33,459 nt of DNA from Chiloscyllium plagiosum (lineage: Eukaryota), in assembly GCF_004010195.1 (NCBI RefSeq), contig NW_025213474.1:1-33459 (forward strand), in the 5' to 3' direction. The position numbers were made by a program, and so were the translations under genes. A model generated the notes under the pieces. That model did no database searches, was not told where the DNA came from, and worked only from the letters and a program-made list of their open reading frames with translations. Positions 1 through 10,269 of the stretch are shown piece after piece (the first letter of the stretch is position 1; each line of letters starts with the position of its first letter).

Positions 1-125
1 TGCAAAAATTGCTGGAGAAAATGGGAGCTTTGTAGAAGGGTCACGAGCCCTGAAAGTTTAACTCTACTTTCACTCCAGGAGATGCTGCCAGATCTGCTGG
101 GTTTCTACAGCAATTTCTGTTTTTG
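1..125 (+). mobile_element. Short Penelope-like-derived terminal repeat fragment with degenerate hammerhead region
   Basis: GAAGGGTCAC..CCCTGAAAGTTTAACTCT..GATGCTGCCAGATCTGCTGGGTTTCTACAGCAATTTCTG resembles the Penelope-like tail also seen at 29915-30000. AAATTGCTGGAGAAA (6-20) is an imperfect inverted match to TTTCTACAGCAATTT (102-116). Confidence 0.55.
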
Positions 126-834
126 GACAAGTTCCATAGATGTGTGTTGAAGCTGCTCAAACGCCTTGGCTAACATGGAAAACCGTGCACTGGGAAGTGA
201 CCGATAATGCAAGGTGCACAAATTCCTTGATCTGAAACTGCATAAGGCTGGCGTCACTGACACTGCAGAACTCTTAATCATGCTCAGGGAGAGAAACAGA
301 GGGGAACACATTCACATCAAACACAGAAGATGGCATTGGGGGAATGGAAAAGATTCAGATGCAAAAGTTAAGGAGTTTGAGTAAAGTATCAAATTGGAGG
401 CGTGGCACCGGGTAGAGACCCTCAGTAGAATGAGAATAGGAAAATAGAAGCGTTATCACATTAGAAACCAGATTAAGACACTGAGTACATGGCTGATGGA
501 TGAATGGGTCTTGGTGTAAACTAGGGACGTCAGTAGAATTGAAGTGAACATATTGGAGCTCAAAGTGGGAATTCATGTTGTGGGGTATAATCACAGCAGC
601 AGCAGAATTGTATTCAACTACAATTTGTAACATTTTCCCCAAGATAATCCCTGAGCCTACCATTAACGTGAAGCTGATCTATGGTTCAGCGACGAGTTTA
701 GGTGAATATGATAGGGTCAGAACTATGTGTACCTAAACCTGATCATAATCCTTAAAGCTACCGCACTTGACTGGTTACATTCGAAACAGCAGGACTAACA
801 TCTGACACAGAGGGCGAAATGATCCCAATACTAA

Positions 835-1390
835 CAGATCAGATCGACGTTCTGCAGTGCTGCCACATTCAGACATAAATGTCGATGGACTATTACACAA
901 CTCACTGGAGGAGACGACTCCATAAATATCGCCATCCTAAATCGCGGGACAGCCCTGTACATTAGTGTAAAAGACTTGGTTGTATTATCTGTACCGTCCT
1001 CAGCCAGAAGTGTTGAGTTGATGATCCACCTCACCCTCGCCATGCTGCCCACATATTCACAGATGCCAGTCTTTAATCGATCTGATTTGCTGTATGTTAC
1101 ATGAAGAACCAGCTGAACACTGTAGATAAGACAAAGGCAATGGGCCCTGACACCATTCCTGCAATAGGACTGAAGACTTGTGCTGCACAGCAAGCAGTGT
1201 CCCTGGGGAAGCTGTTTCATTCCAGCTCCAACTCTGACATCTCCCTGGCAATGTGGAAATTTACTCAGCTCTGTCCAATCCCATAACAAGGGAATAACAG
1301 CAGTCTGACCATTTACCACGCCCTGAGTCCCGTCGCGGTAGTCACATTGGTGGGAGTTCTTTTTGACAGAGCTGTCAAGCAGCACAGAAA
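835..1390 (+). mobile_element. Decayed non-LTR retrotransposon (CR1/L2/Jockey-group) ORF2 fragment
   Basis: ORF 1101-1286 reads KAMGPDTIPAIGLKTCA...LGKLF...MWKFTQLCPI, the KAxGPDxIP...WK pre-RT/RT0 signature. It is interrupted by stops. Confidence 0.8.
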
Positions 1391-1429
1391 TGACCAGCTC
1401 AGTGTGGTTTCAGATAGGTCCCCATTTGG

Positions 1430-1690
1430 AGATTGTACTGTTGTGGAAATGTCACTGGATTACTAATCCAGACCAGGCTAATGCTCTGGCAGCTGATGGA
1501 CGTTATAATTACTAAAATATTGAGATGCAAAACCTGGAGTCATTAACAGTGACCTTGAAGCCAATGTCGATTGTAAACACCAATTTCCTTCCTCAATGTA
1601 CTTTCAGGAACTGAATCTCTCGTGCTTTCTTGGTCTGGCCAAAACGTGATTCCAGACACACAGACATGTGAAACACTCTTCAATGGTCTC
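1430..1690 (+). mobile_element. Degenerate SINE-like repeat
   Basis: Blocks ATGTCACTGGA..TAATCCAGA, GTGACCTTGAAGCC..GTCGATTGTAAA and TGGTCTGGCC..GTGATTCCAGA resemble a common elasmobranch SINE body. Recognition only. Confidence 0.45.
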
Positions 1691-2071
1691 GAAAACGGCC
1701 AAGCAAACACTCTATTGTATCAAACTGTTCTGGGGCTATTAAAGGATAAAACCGTACAGATCACCAGGCACCAGCCTCAGTATTGGAACGGGAAATACTA
1801 CCGTATTGACCCTGCAGAGATCTCCTTTCTAACATCTGAGAGCAGGTAGCAGCATTTACAGAGCTTTCCCACAGACTGCACAGAAACATCGGAAAATGAG
1901 TAGGTCATTCAACACACTGAGCATCCTCCATTCTAGTTCATGGTGAAAATCTCCTCAATTCAGTTTTCCCCACACAGTGTTCATATCCTTTAGTATGTTT
2001 AAACATCGGAACGTATAAAATAGGAACTACAGTATTCGCTTTGGTCCATCAATTTAGATACTCCATTCAAT

Positions 2072-2170
2072 ATACAGGCAGTTATCCAGTAAAGGTGTGC
2101 TTATTAAACGCAAATTCGCTGCAACACAATTAGTGAATTGTGCCTCTTTCTTTATAAAGCGAGCTCCCGT
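2072..2170 (+). mobile_element. Possible Tigger/pogo-like DNA transposon end
   Basis: TA-CAGGCAGTT start followed by CGCAAATTCGCTGCAACACAATT, resembling Tigger-type termini. No partner TIR found. Confidence 0.3.
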
Positions 2171-2555
2171 TCACTTTTATGGGAGACCGTCTCTGGCACC
2201 AGCTAAACAGCAAATCCCTGCCTCAGGATCCCTCTGTCTGCCAAATGCACCCTCAGTGTACTCAGCTAAAGCAGGAATGTAATCCGCTCTGCAAGCCTTG
2301 AAACTGAGCCTGAATGTGGGATTTGTAGTCTACGATTAAAAGGAAATTAATTTCAAACCGGGAGGGGAATATCTTGGAGAGAACTGGAATTCCGCATCGG
2401 CATCACGTGGTCAGTCAGCTCGCGCGCTTTCTGGTGAATATCTTGGTGAAAGGTACAGTGCTGTAGTCAGTGACTGTAGTGTTAAAGTGTGGCATTTACT
2501 GTACTAACTCATTACAATATACGGTTTAAAGATTTATGTAGCCCATGGTATTGTT

Positions 2556-2666
2556 TGCAGGCACAGGGAGAATGTGCAAATTCCACACAAACAGTAACCC
2601 AAGACTGAAATTGAACCCAGATCTCTGGTGCTGGGAGGCAGCAGTGCTAACCACTGAGCTACCCAC
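2556..2666 (-). mobile_element. HE1-type tRNA-derived SINE, 5' part
   Basis: Minus strand GGTAGCTCAGTGGTTAGCACTGCTGCCTC..GGGTTCAATTTC gives A and B boxes, then TGTGTGGAATTTGCACATTCTCCC. Homologous to 17751-18068. Confidence 0.85.
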
Positions 2667-2699
2667 TGTGGGCAACGCAACTTGCCTGCACAATTCAAC

Positions 2700-2970
2700 A
2701 CTCGAAATGTGGCACAACAATAGGGAGATTCCATAAGTCCCCAAACTTGTCATTGAGCAACAGGAGGAGGACATTGAGATCTTGAGCGGCTTGGTCAGGA
2801 ACAAGTGCAGGACATGCAAGCCATCGAAACTAGAGTGGATGAACATCAGGAGGACATTCAGCCCATCGTGTGTGTAAAGCAGGAACACAATGAGTCCAAT
2901 CATCCACCCATGCCCCTTCACAGCAATTGGAGCCGATCGTTTACAGCCTCGTGCCTATTTCACAGGAATT
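2700..2970 (+). repeat. Degenerate ~42-bp minisatellite (CAGGAACAGGAGGA..CATTCAGCCC type)
   Basis: Recurring CAGGAGGAGGACATT / GGACATTCAGCCC / CAGGAACA motifs. Paralogous to 31530-31775. Confidence 0.6.
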
Positions 2971-3059
2971 GAAACGGACTGTCGTGGTAATGGAAAGGGA
3001 AGAACTTCGAATAACCAACTTCACTCGGGAATGAAGTTGGGACTGAAGACAAATTGTTC

Positions 3060-3345
3060 AAATCTATTATTAAGGAATTAACAACAGGAGAGTTTGAAAG
3101 TCAAACTACATTCCATCAAAGTCAACATGATTGTATTAAGGATAAATCATGTTTGAATGATTTTCCTAACTTTATTAAGAAAAGGTGTGACAAACAAGTT
3201 GAATAACAGGGATCTGGAAGATGTATTATATCTGGACTTCAAGAAGGCAATGCATAACATGCTTGATAAAAGATTAATATGCAAGACAAGAGCACACGGG
3301 GTTAGGACAATTTATTTGCTTGGAGAGAAAATTGGCTAACCAATA
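3060..3345 (+). mobile_element. CR1-type LINE RT fragment
   Basis: ORF 3157-3339 contains DVLYLDFKKA (YLDFxKAFD RT motif) and LICKTRAHGVR. Confidence 0.8.
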
Positions 3346-3351
3346 AAAAAC

Positions 3352-3905
3352 CATGATATGGAGGTGCTAGTTTTGGACTGGGTTGAGTAAGTTCAATAAT
3401 CGCATGGCACCAGGTTATAGTCTGACGGGTTTACTTGAAAACACAAGTTTTCATTGTACCGCTCCTTTGTTAGGTGTTAGAGAAAGAAGACCTTAGGCAC
3501 AAAATGTATAAGGAAAAGATGAAGGGGTTGTACAATACATGCACATGAAGTGAATACATCTAAGATGGCAACTAAATCTGTAATCGGTTAGAATGGAGAT
3601 GCAGGTTTTCTTTGATGAATATGCAAATCCAAGAGTTCCTTTCAAGTCCTGCCTGGAGATACCTTCAATTATTATCAATGTAAAGGAGGTGACCCCTCCA
3701 GTCAGACAACGTATTTTAGGCATGCGATCTTGTTTGGAGTCTGTATGTGTCTTCACCTGGAATCAGTTTGGCTTTATTTCCAAAGTAGGAGTTCATAAAA
3801 TATCGCATTGACTGACTGTCTACAAATGGCATATTGTTTTGAGAAAATATAATGCATCTGGAAATATAAACCGGCAAATGAAAATTCAACTTACAGATTA
3901 GATGT
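3352..3905 (-). mobile_element. Penelope-like element fragment
   Basis: Minus-strand tail CACCTAACAAAGGAGCGG..TGAAAACTTGTGTTTTCAAGTAAACCCGTCAGACTATAACCTGGTG resembles a Penelope-like terminal repeat with a decayed hammerhead. Confidence 0.6.
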
Positions 3906-4175
3906 GTGTGTATCTGTGTGTTAGCGCTCACGTGCGTGTGTGTGTTTGAAAGCAAGGTGGATTGTCTGTGGGAGGGAGAGAGAGAGTGTGCGTTTGTGAG
4001 AAACTGAGGGGGAGTATGTGTGTCTTTGTGAGGGAGAGAGAGCATGTGCGTGCGTGAGAGAGAGGGGAGTGTTTGTGTGTGTGCATGTCAGAGATGGGGG
4101 TGTGTTTGGTTGCGGGGAGGAGAGGATGAATTTGCATGGATGTATTTAAAGGGGAGAGGGAAAGGATGTGTGTCT
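3902..4175. repeat. Imperfect (GT)n/(GA)n microsatellite
   Basis: Directly visible GT/GA runs. Confidence 0.9.
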
Positions 4176-4237
4176 CCTCGTTAAAACACAGGCAGATTTG
4201 GCAGATCCCTTTCCCCCCACACACTCTGTGGTTTCAG

Positions 4238-4414
4238 AGCTTCCCCTCTCTGCAGCCTGTGCTCCATTTGCTCTTCATTCTGCAGACTCAGATGCTGTAA
4301 CAACAGTCACCGTGACTCATCCAGAGTTGGATCACCAAATCCTCAGGTCTCCCTGAATATCTGAGGCAGCTCACAGCAGAACCTCCAGCCAATCATCCCC
4401 ATCACCTCCACTAA
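4238..4414. other. Copy 1 of unidentified ~175-bp duplicated module (possible decayed exon)
   Basis: Aligns without gaps over ~165 nt to 5595-5770 and 14736-14912 (shared CCCCTCTCT, CAGATGCTG, CATCCAGAGTTGG.TCACC). Preceded by a pyrimidine tract + CAG. Confidence 0.8.
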
Positions 4415-4671
4415 CGATGTGCTTGTGAATATTAAAGTAAAGGCATTGCCAGACCCAACAACAATATAAAGCAATCCGTACAGGATTGATGGGATTTTAG
4501 TCTGCGTTTAGATACAAGCCATGGAATACCGATTCAGATTTGGTTAAGCAGCAGCAGATTATTGGAGAGGATAATAAAAATATTGAATAATATAAAGTGC
4601 ATATTTGATCTGCGATGATAACGCGAATAATAAGTAGAAAGAATCCCAACATAATAGAATAACCTCCTGTG

Positions 4672-4798
4672 CATTGTTGGAACATTCCAGTCTATTGTTT
4701 TCAGATTCTGATCCATTGTTGGAACATTGAAATCTATTGTTCTCAGATTCTGATCCACTGTTGGGAACTTTCCAGTCTATTGTTCTCAGTTTCTGATC
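4672..4798. repeat. Tandem repeat, 3 x 42-43 bp
   Basis: Unit CATTGTTGGAACATTCCAGTCTATTGTTTTCAGATTCTGATC at 4672, 4714 and 4756. The third copy has one extra base. Confidence 0.95.
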
Positions 4799-5594
4799 TC
4801 TTCCTCTCTCTGGAGCAGCCGATACCTGTTAGTGCTATCGGTGATGCTCCCGCCCATACCATGGGATAACATATTGAATGGAGCCCTTTTGTCATTCAAA
4901 GATGGAAACCCTCCACTGGGATAATTAGAATCCACGGAGACTGACATTAGTCACAGTCACCAAACAAACAGGTTCAGTTGACCAGTTCCTTACATCATTT
5001 TACATAACACAATGAAAGGGCACATTTACTCGATTTGGATGGAATGGATGAGGGTTGCTGAGGGATACACCATAAACTTTTCAATCTTTTAAATCTGTTT
5101 TCGCTCTATGTGGGTGTACTGTCGGAACACTGCACTGTTGTATATGTTTCACCCTGTTCATAAAAGCAGACAGGAATAAAATAACAGACGACCTGCATAA
5201 AATGTATGGTTGAGAATTTTCTCCATACCTTTGTGTAATGCTGCTCCAATTTGAACCTCCCTGTTATCAAGTCCTTTCTTAACCTTGTGACAGCTTTCAG
5301 AGCATTGCAACGGCTGCTCAGGAACAGGGAGAAACAGGAGGTAGTCACTCAACTGTTCGAGACTGGGATACAGAGAAATCTGGAGGCTAGTGAGGAACCA
5401 AATTTCTGTTCCCCGGGAACTGGAGGAGGTGACACACTACCCACCAGTCTGGGACACTGGGAAAAAAAAGGGAAATTGGCTTGTTACAAACAGAAATATC
5501 TGAATAAGTTGCATGAGCGAGCCATTCAATCCTGCTCCAACATTCTTCAAAACCATGGCTGATCTGATTTTCATTCCCTCATTCCATTTTGCAG

Positions 5595-5770
5595 TGATTC
5601 CCCTCTCTTCAGCCTTTCCTTCATTTCTTGGTCATGTTGCAGATCCAGATGCTGCAACTACAATCACCATGTTTCATCCAGAGTTGGGTCACCGAAGCCT
5701 CTGATCTTCCTAAATTTCCACAACAGCTTAAAGCACAGTCTCCAGGAAACCATCCCAGCATTTTCACGAA
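5595..5770. other. Copy 2 of unidentified duplicated module
   Basis: Gap-free core alignment to copies 1 and 3. Preceded by ATTCCATTTTGCAG. Confidence 0.8.
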
Positions 5771-6187
5771 CGTACAAAAACTAGAGTTAAGTCAAATGTA
5801 AATGAGAAGCCTGGTCCGAATCGCTAACAGTTGTGGGGATTCCTCATGTTACTAACCACCTGAGCAGCAGAGAGTGATTAACAGAGGCGTTCAATGGATA
5901 GGCACAGAGCAAGTTATAAAGATGTGTCTCAAAACTGCTAAAACTGCACGCTTCAACATGGAGCACAGAGCAGGACACTGGGACACACACAGAAACAACA
6001 CATGCACACAGACTCATTAGCGTCTTTAGGATATAACTAGATAAGTTATGCTTAAAGATGGGATCAAGGCTTGTTGTGAGAAGGCCGGAGAATTGGCTTG
6101 AAAAACATGTCAGCCATGATCAATAGCTCAGTAGACTGAATAGGCCAAATGGCCTTTTTTCAGCTTTAATTTTTTTAGTTACGGTAC

Positions 6188-6370
6188 ATGCATTTATCTA
6201 TGCATGTACGTACACCTGCATGTGCATGTGTCTGTGTGTGTCCGTGTTTTTGTGTCTGTGTTTTTGTGTGTTTGAGTGTGTCTGTGTGTACATGTCTGTA
6301 TGTTTGTTTGGGAGTGTCTGTGTGTGCTTCTCTTTGTATGTATCTGCATGTGTCTGTGTGTGTTTGTGCT
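6188..6370. repeat. Imperfect (GT)n-rich simple repeat
   Basis: Directly visible. Confidence 0.9.
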
Positions 6371-6629
6371 CCTCAGTAATTTTAGAAATGGAAATATCAA
6401 TGTACATTTTTGTAATTTCTATTCTGTTTGACATTCACCTTTACATCATAGTTTGAGGAAACTTAATTTCATCATGAATTTGTTATTTTAACAAATGAAC
6501 GAAATCAACCTGACCTCTTCTGAGGATGAACTTGACCCAAAATGAGACCTATATCATTGGCCATATCATTTGCTGTGACCAATGGGGGAGTAAAAGTAGA
6601 AAAGAAAACAGTTACCCAACAACCCAAGG

Positions 6630-7235
6630 AACTCTGGACAAGTAAGCCTGACATCAGTGGTGGGTGAATTGTTGGAGGGGATTCTGAGGGATAGCCAATT
6701 GCATGCATTTTCAAAGGCAAGGATTGATTGGGGATAGTCACCATGGCTTTTTGCATGAGAAATCGTGTCACACTAATTTGACTGAGTTTGTTAAAGAGGT
6801 TACAAAGCAGATTGATGAAGGCAGTGTTGTAGATATTTTCCATACAGACTGGAACAAGTTGTTCGACAATGTTCTGATTATTAGGCAAGTTAGTAAGTTT
6901 AGGACACATGGAAACCAGCGCACGGACGCCAATTGAACACAAAGTAGATTGAAGGGAGGAGACAGAGGTTGGTAGAGGATTGCATTTCAGACTGGAGGCC
7001 TATTTTAAGGTACGAGGGGAAATATTTTTAGAGGGAACTTAGACGCAATGTTTTCATACAGGTGGAGGTGTCCATATGGAATTATCTCCCAGAGGAAGTG
7101 GTGGGGTCTGGCATCTTGATTGGTATCTGAATAAGGAGGTTTAGAGGAATATGAGCTAAATGCTGTCAAATCAGATTCGATCATAATGGGATGTCTGGTC
7201 AGCACTTACACATTTGCATGCTATATGACTCTATA
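6630..7235 (+). mobile_element. CR1-type LINE fragments (RT part joined to 3' tail)
   Basis: ORF 6703-6936 reads SHHGFLHEKSCHTNLTEFVKEVTKQIDEGSVVDIF (QHGF..SCLTNL.EFFEEVT motif). Tail ends ATGACTCTA near 7233. Confidence 0.85.
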
Positions 7236-8079
7236 AGAGGGATGAGCAGAAATTCTAAACAGGCAATTTTCTTCCCCACAAGTTTGAGATGTCTCTTTGT
7301 TTATCTTTGTTTATCTTTATTCAACGCTGGGTTAGTTAAATATTGGACAGAGAAGTGTTTCTTGGATAACGGCACACAGACAGGAAAGTGGAGCTGAGAC
7401 CACAACCTGATCAACCACAACCTTAGTCCCTGTTAGAGAAGGCTCAAAGTGCCTGATGAACCACTCCTGCTCCTCAGTCCCATGTTTCTGTGTTCCATTC
7501 AGCCAATCAAACCTGCTAGACCGGAGCAATTAGAGGCTAGCTACTCCTTTCACAGAAATAGAGGAGACCATTCAGCCCCTCAAAACTGTCAAACACAGTT
7601 TGGGATGGTTTGGAAAGTGTACTTGGAAAACCCAGGCTGTGGTATGAAAGAGGCTCCTCATCACTCATAACTGAGCTTTCCCCCTTTCTGCAATTTGTGC
7701 TTCGTTTGTTGGTCAAGTTGTAGACCCCGTTTCACTGTGAGTACAGCCCCCATTCGTCACCCAGAGATGGTCCAGACAATCTGGTAATATTCAATAACAG
7801 ACCTTCCAGGAAAAGAACAGCCTCTACTTTCCAATAATAGAATGTGAGAAGGCCACAAACACGGATATGTCATTCATCCACACGCCACGCCACCACCAAC
7901 CCCCCACTCCCCCCACCCCCGCAAGCATGTTTTCATCCACAATAAGGTCTAATGTCCTATTTCATGTCCAATTCTTCATAGCCTTCAACTCTGTTCAAAA
8001 AGCACTCCCTGCCCCCACACTGTGACCTATTTATATGAGCAAAAGACGTGAACACAAGGGCTCAGGGAAGAGTGACCAG

Positions 8080-8560
8080 CCCTGTGATCAAGGCAACATT
8101 TAACTAAGGATGGTCTCAAGGAGCCTGAACAGGATTGCGCTTAATGGGAATGAGTGGTAAACTTCCCTGGTTAGAGTGATTTCAAGCATAAAGCACAATG
8201 ATTGTGGTTTGTTTACATAAATCCATGCAGTCTTGGACATGTCTGCAAAAGATCCTCAAGGTAGCTTCCTCAGCACAAACATCTTCAGCTGCTTCATAAA
8301 TGTCTTGCCCCATCATAAGATTAGAAGTGGGGGTGTTCACTGAAGATCATACAATATTCAGGAAAAATGTCCCCCTTCAGCTCCTGAACTAGTCTGTGTC
8401 CATGTGCAGCAAGACCAGGACAGCATTCAGGCTTGTGCTGTTGGATGTATCGGTAACATTCATGTAACAGTGCTGCTGGACAGTGCACAATGCCACAGTT
8501 AAAAGGAGGAGATTATTCAGCGCCACACGCTCGCTTCACAGGAATATGAGGACGTCATTC
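8080..8560 (+). mobile_element. Decayed LINE RT fragment (same group as 835-1390)
   Basis: CCTCAAGGTAG (PQGS), ATCTTCAGCTGCTTCATAAATG (IFSCFIN) and GTGTTCACTGAAGAT (degenerate FADD). Confidence 0.7.
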
Positions 8561-8789
8561 AGCTCAATGATATTATTGGAGAAGTGTAGAGATAGTCCAT
8601 TTAGTGCATCCAACCAATTACATGGGAAGAGAAGGAGTCACGTGTTATGGACGACAGCAGAGCTCCTCAAAAATATTCGAAGGCATTGGCCTAGACTCTA
8701 TTAATAATTAACTGTTCTGATACAGTAATATCCCAAAAAATATGTACTTGGCAAAAAGGAAAGATCAGACACAGATTCTCAGATGCAGT

Positions 8790-9960
8790 TCTACAATCGA
8801 AGAGGGAAAACAAATCAAGTGAAAATTTAGAGAGAGTTGCAGCCAGGAGATTTCCACTGAAGCTTCCAACTCTGTGGAGACCCCAATAGCTTCTGATGTT
8901 ACTGAGAAACCAAAACACTTGCTGTAATGTGGCTACCAGAACTGCACACAGTATTCTATCTATGTCCTAACCAATGGCATGTTTAACTCATATTATGTCG
9001 CCTCGATGAATGAGCACTATGCCTACAGTCCCGTTTGATTTCTTACCTTGCTATTTTGCTGTCCATTCACATTCACGGATATGTGGAGAAACACCCTCTG
9101 ATCTCCCGAGTGTTCTGCTATTCATTGAATTTTCCCCTGTCTGGTTCCTTCTTCAAAAGTGCATCACCTCATATTTATCAGGGTTCCATTCCATCTGCCA
9201 TTGATCTGACCATCTGACCATTCCACTTGTATCTTCCTGGAATATGAGGCCTTCCTCCTCACTGCCAACCACCTGACCAATCTTTTTGTCATGCACAAGA
9301 TTACTTATTACGCTCAGCCCCCACCTCCACCACCCACTCCACATTCACATTTACATGATTTATGTATACCACAAATAATTAGATACACTGCACTGCTCGC
9401 TGTGGTACACCACCAGATACTGGTCTATTTCTACCACCTTTCCAGTAACTTGGGACCACATAGCTGTTCTCCAGTCCTCTAGCACCTCCCTTGTGTGGTC
9501 AGTTTCGACTTAAACATTTAGGTCAGGACATTTCCTCTCTTGTCTCCAACAGCATCCTGCGATATAACACATTTGGACTTTACATCAATCCCAACTTGCA
9601 TCTTATATCAAACTGTTTGAGAGCTTCCCAGTCAATCTTCTTGAATTCGGTACCAGCAGCTTCCTTCTCCCAAATAAAACAGATGTGAAGTATTCATGTC
9701 ACAGTCTATGAACGTTCCCCAATTTCGCATACTGATTACTCCCTTGGTTTAGAAATGGGTCCTAATTTTTCCCTGGTTATTCAGTTCAGCTTGATGTTTT
9801 TGCAGAACATCTTGGGTTCCCCCTAACTTTGCCTGCTGCAATTGTTCATTCCCGTGTATGAGTCAGTCTGCTGTGGGTGAATTTTCTAAGTTTCCCTGAG
9901 ATCACTTCTCATTCTTTGAAACAGGACAGAACACAGGTATAATCTCATCCATACTGCATG
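8790..9960 (-). mobile_element. Decayed CR1-type LINE
   Basis: Minus ORF 9153-9344 reads KIGQVVGSEEEGLIFQED...WSDQWQMEWNPDKYEVMHF, the CR1 post-YADD WQMxFNxxKCxVxH motif. Confidence 0.8.
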
Positions 9961-10269
9961 CAATCTGTGCAGAACGCCTTTACATCGATATTCCAATATC
10001 CGTTAACTGAAGGCCAACTTCACTTTTACCTTTCCATTTCCAAAAGTCACCACGAACCACATTGGTTCAATTTTATTTACTATTCACTTTCTGAACTCTT
10101 AATCATCCACTTGAATATCTAACTATATGAAATCCAATAGTTCTCCACTGTCTCCCCTACAAAAAACATCTTCAAACCATTTCAAAAAGCTCTGCACTAG
10201 AAGCCAGACAAAGTGATGCATTAGACCTCTCTTTCTTCCCTATTGTGATAAAATTGGTCGTTTTTCATC

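Noticed and set aside
355..663. 102-aa minus ORF with faint Penelope-RT-like words (STDVPSL, DTLLKLL)
   Set aside because: Similarity is too weak to call either a gene or an element.
831..1385. 184-aa minus ORF
   Set aside because: Antisense of a LINE ORF2 fragment.
2556..2666. tRNA-like sequence with A/B boxes (also at 17990-18068)
   Set aside because: SINE heads continuing into SINE body, not tRNA genes.
4130..4137. Octamer ATTTGCAT/ATGCAAAT (also ~3622, ~7212, ~23446, ~26180)
   Set aside because: Mostly inside repeats, with no leader or V exon nearby. Expected by chance.
4672..4798. CRISPR-like regular repeats
   Set aside because: Units are directly adjacent with no unique spacers, the context is eukaryotic, and there are no cas genes.
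6188..6456. Cys/Val- or His/Thr-rich ORFs (also 3716-4224, 18754-19501, 27011-27292)
   Set aside because: Translations of GT/CA simple repeats.
7701..7739. RSS-like nonamer-23 bp-CACTGTG
   Set aside because: The nonamer matches only 5/9 and the adjacent sequence has no FGxG/WGxG J motif or V features.
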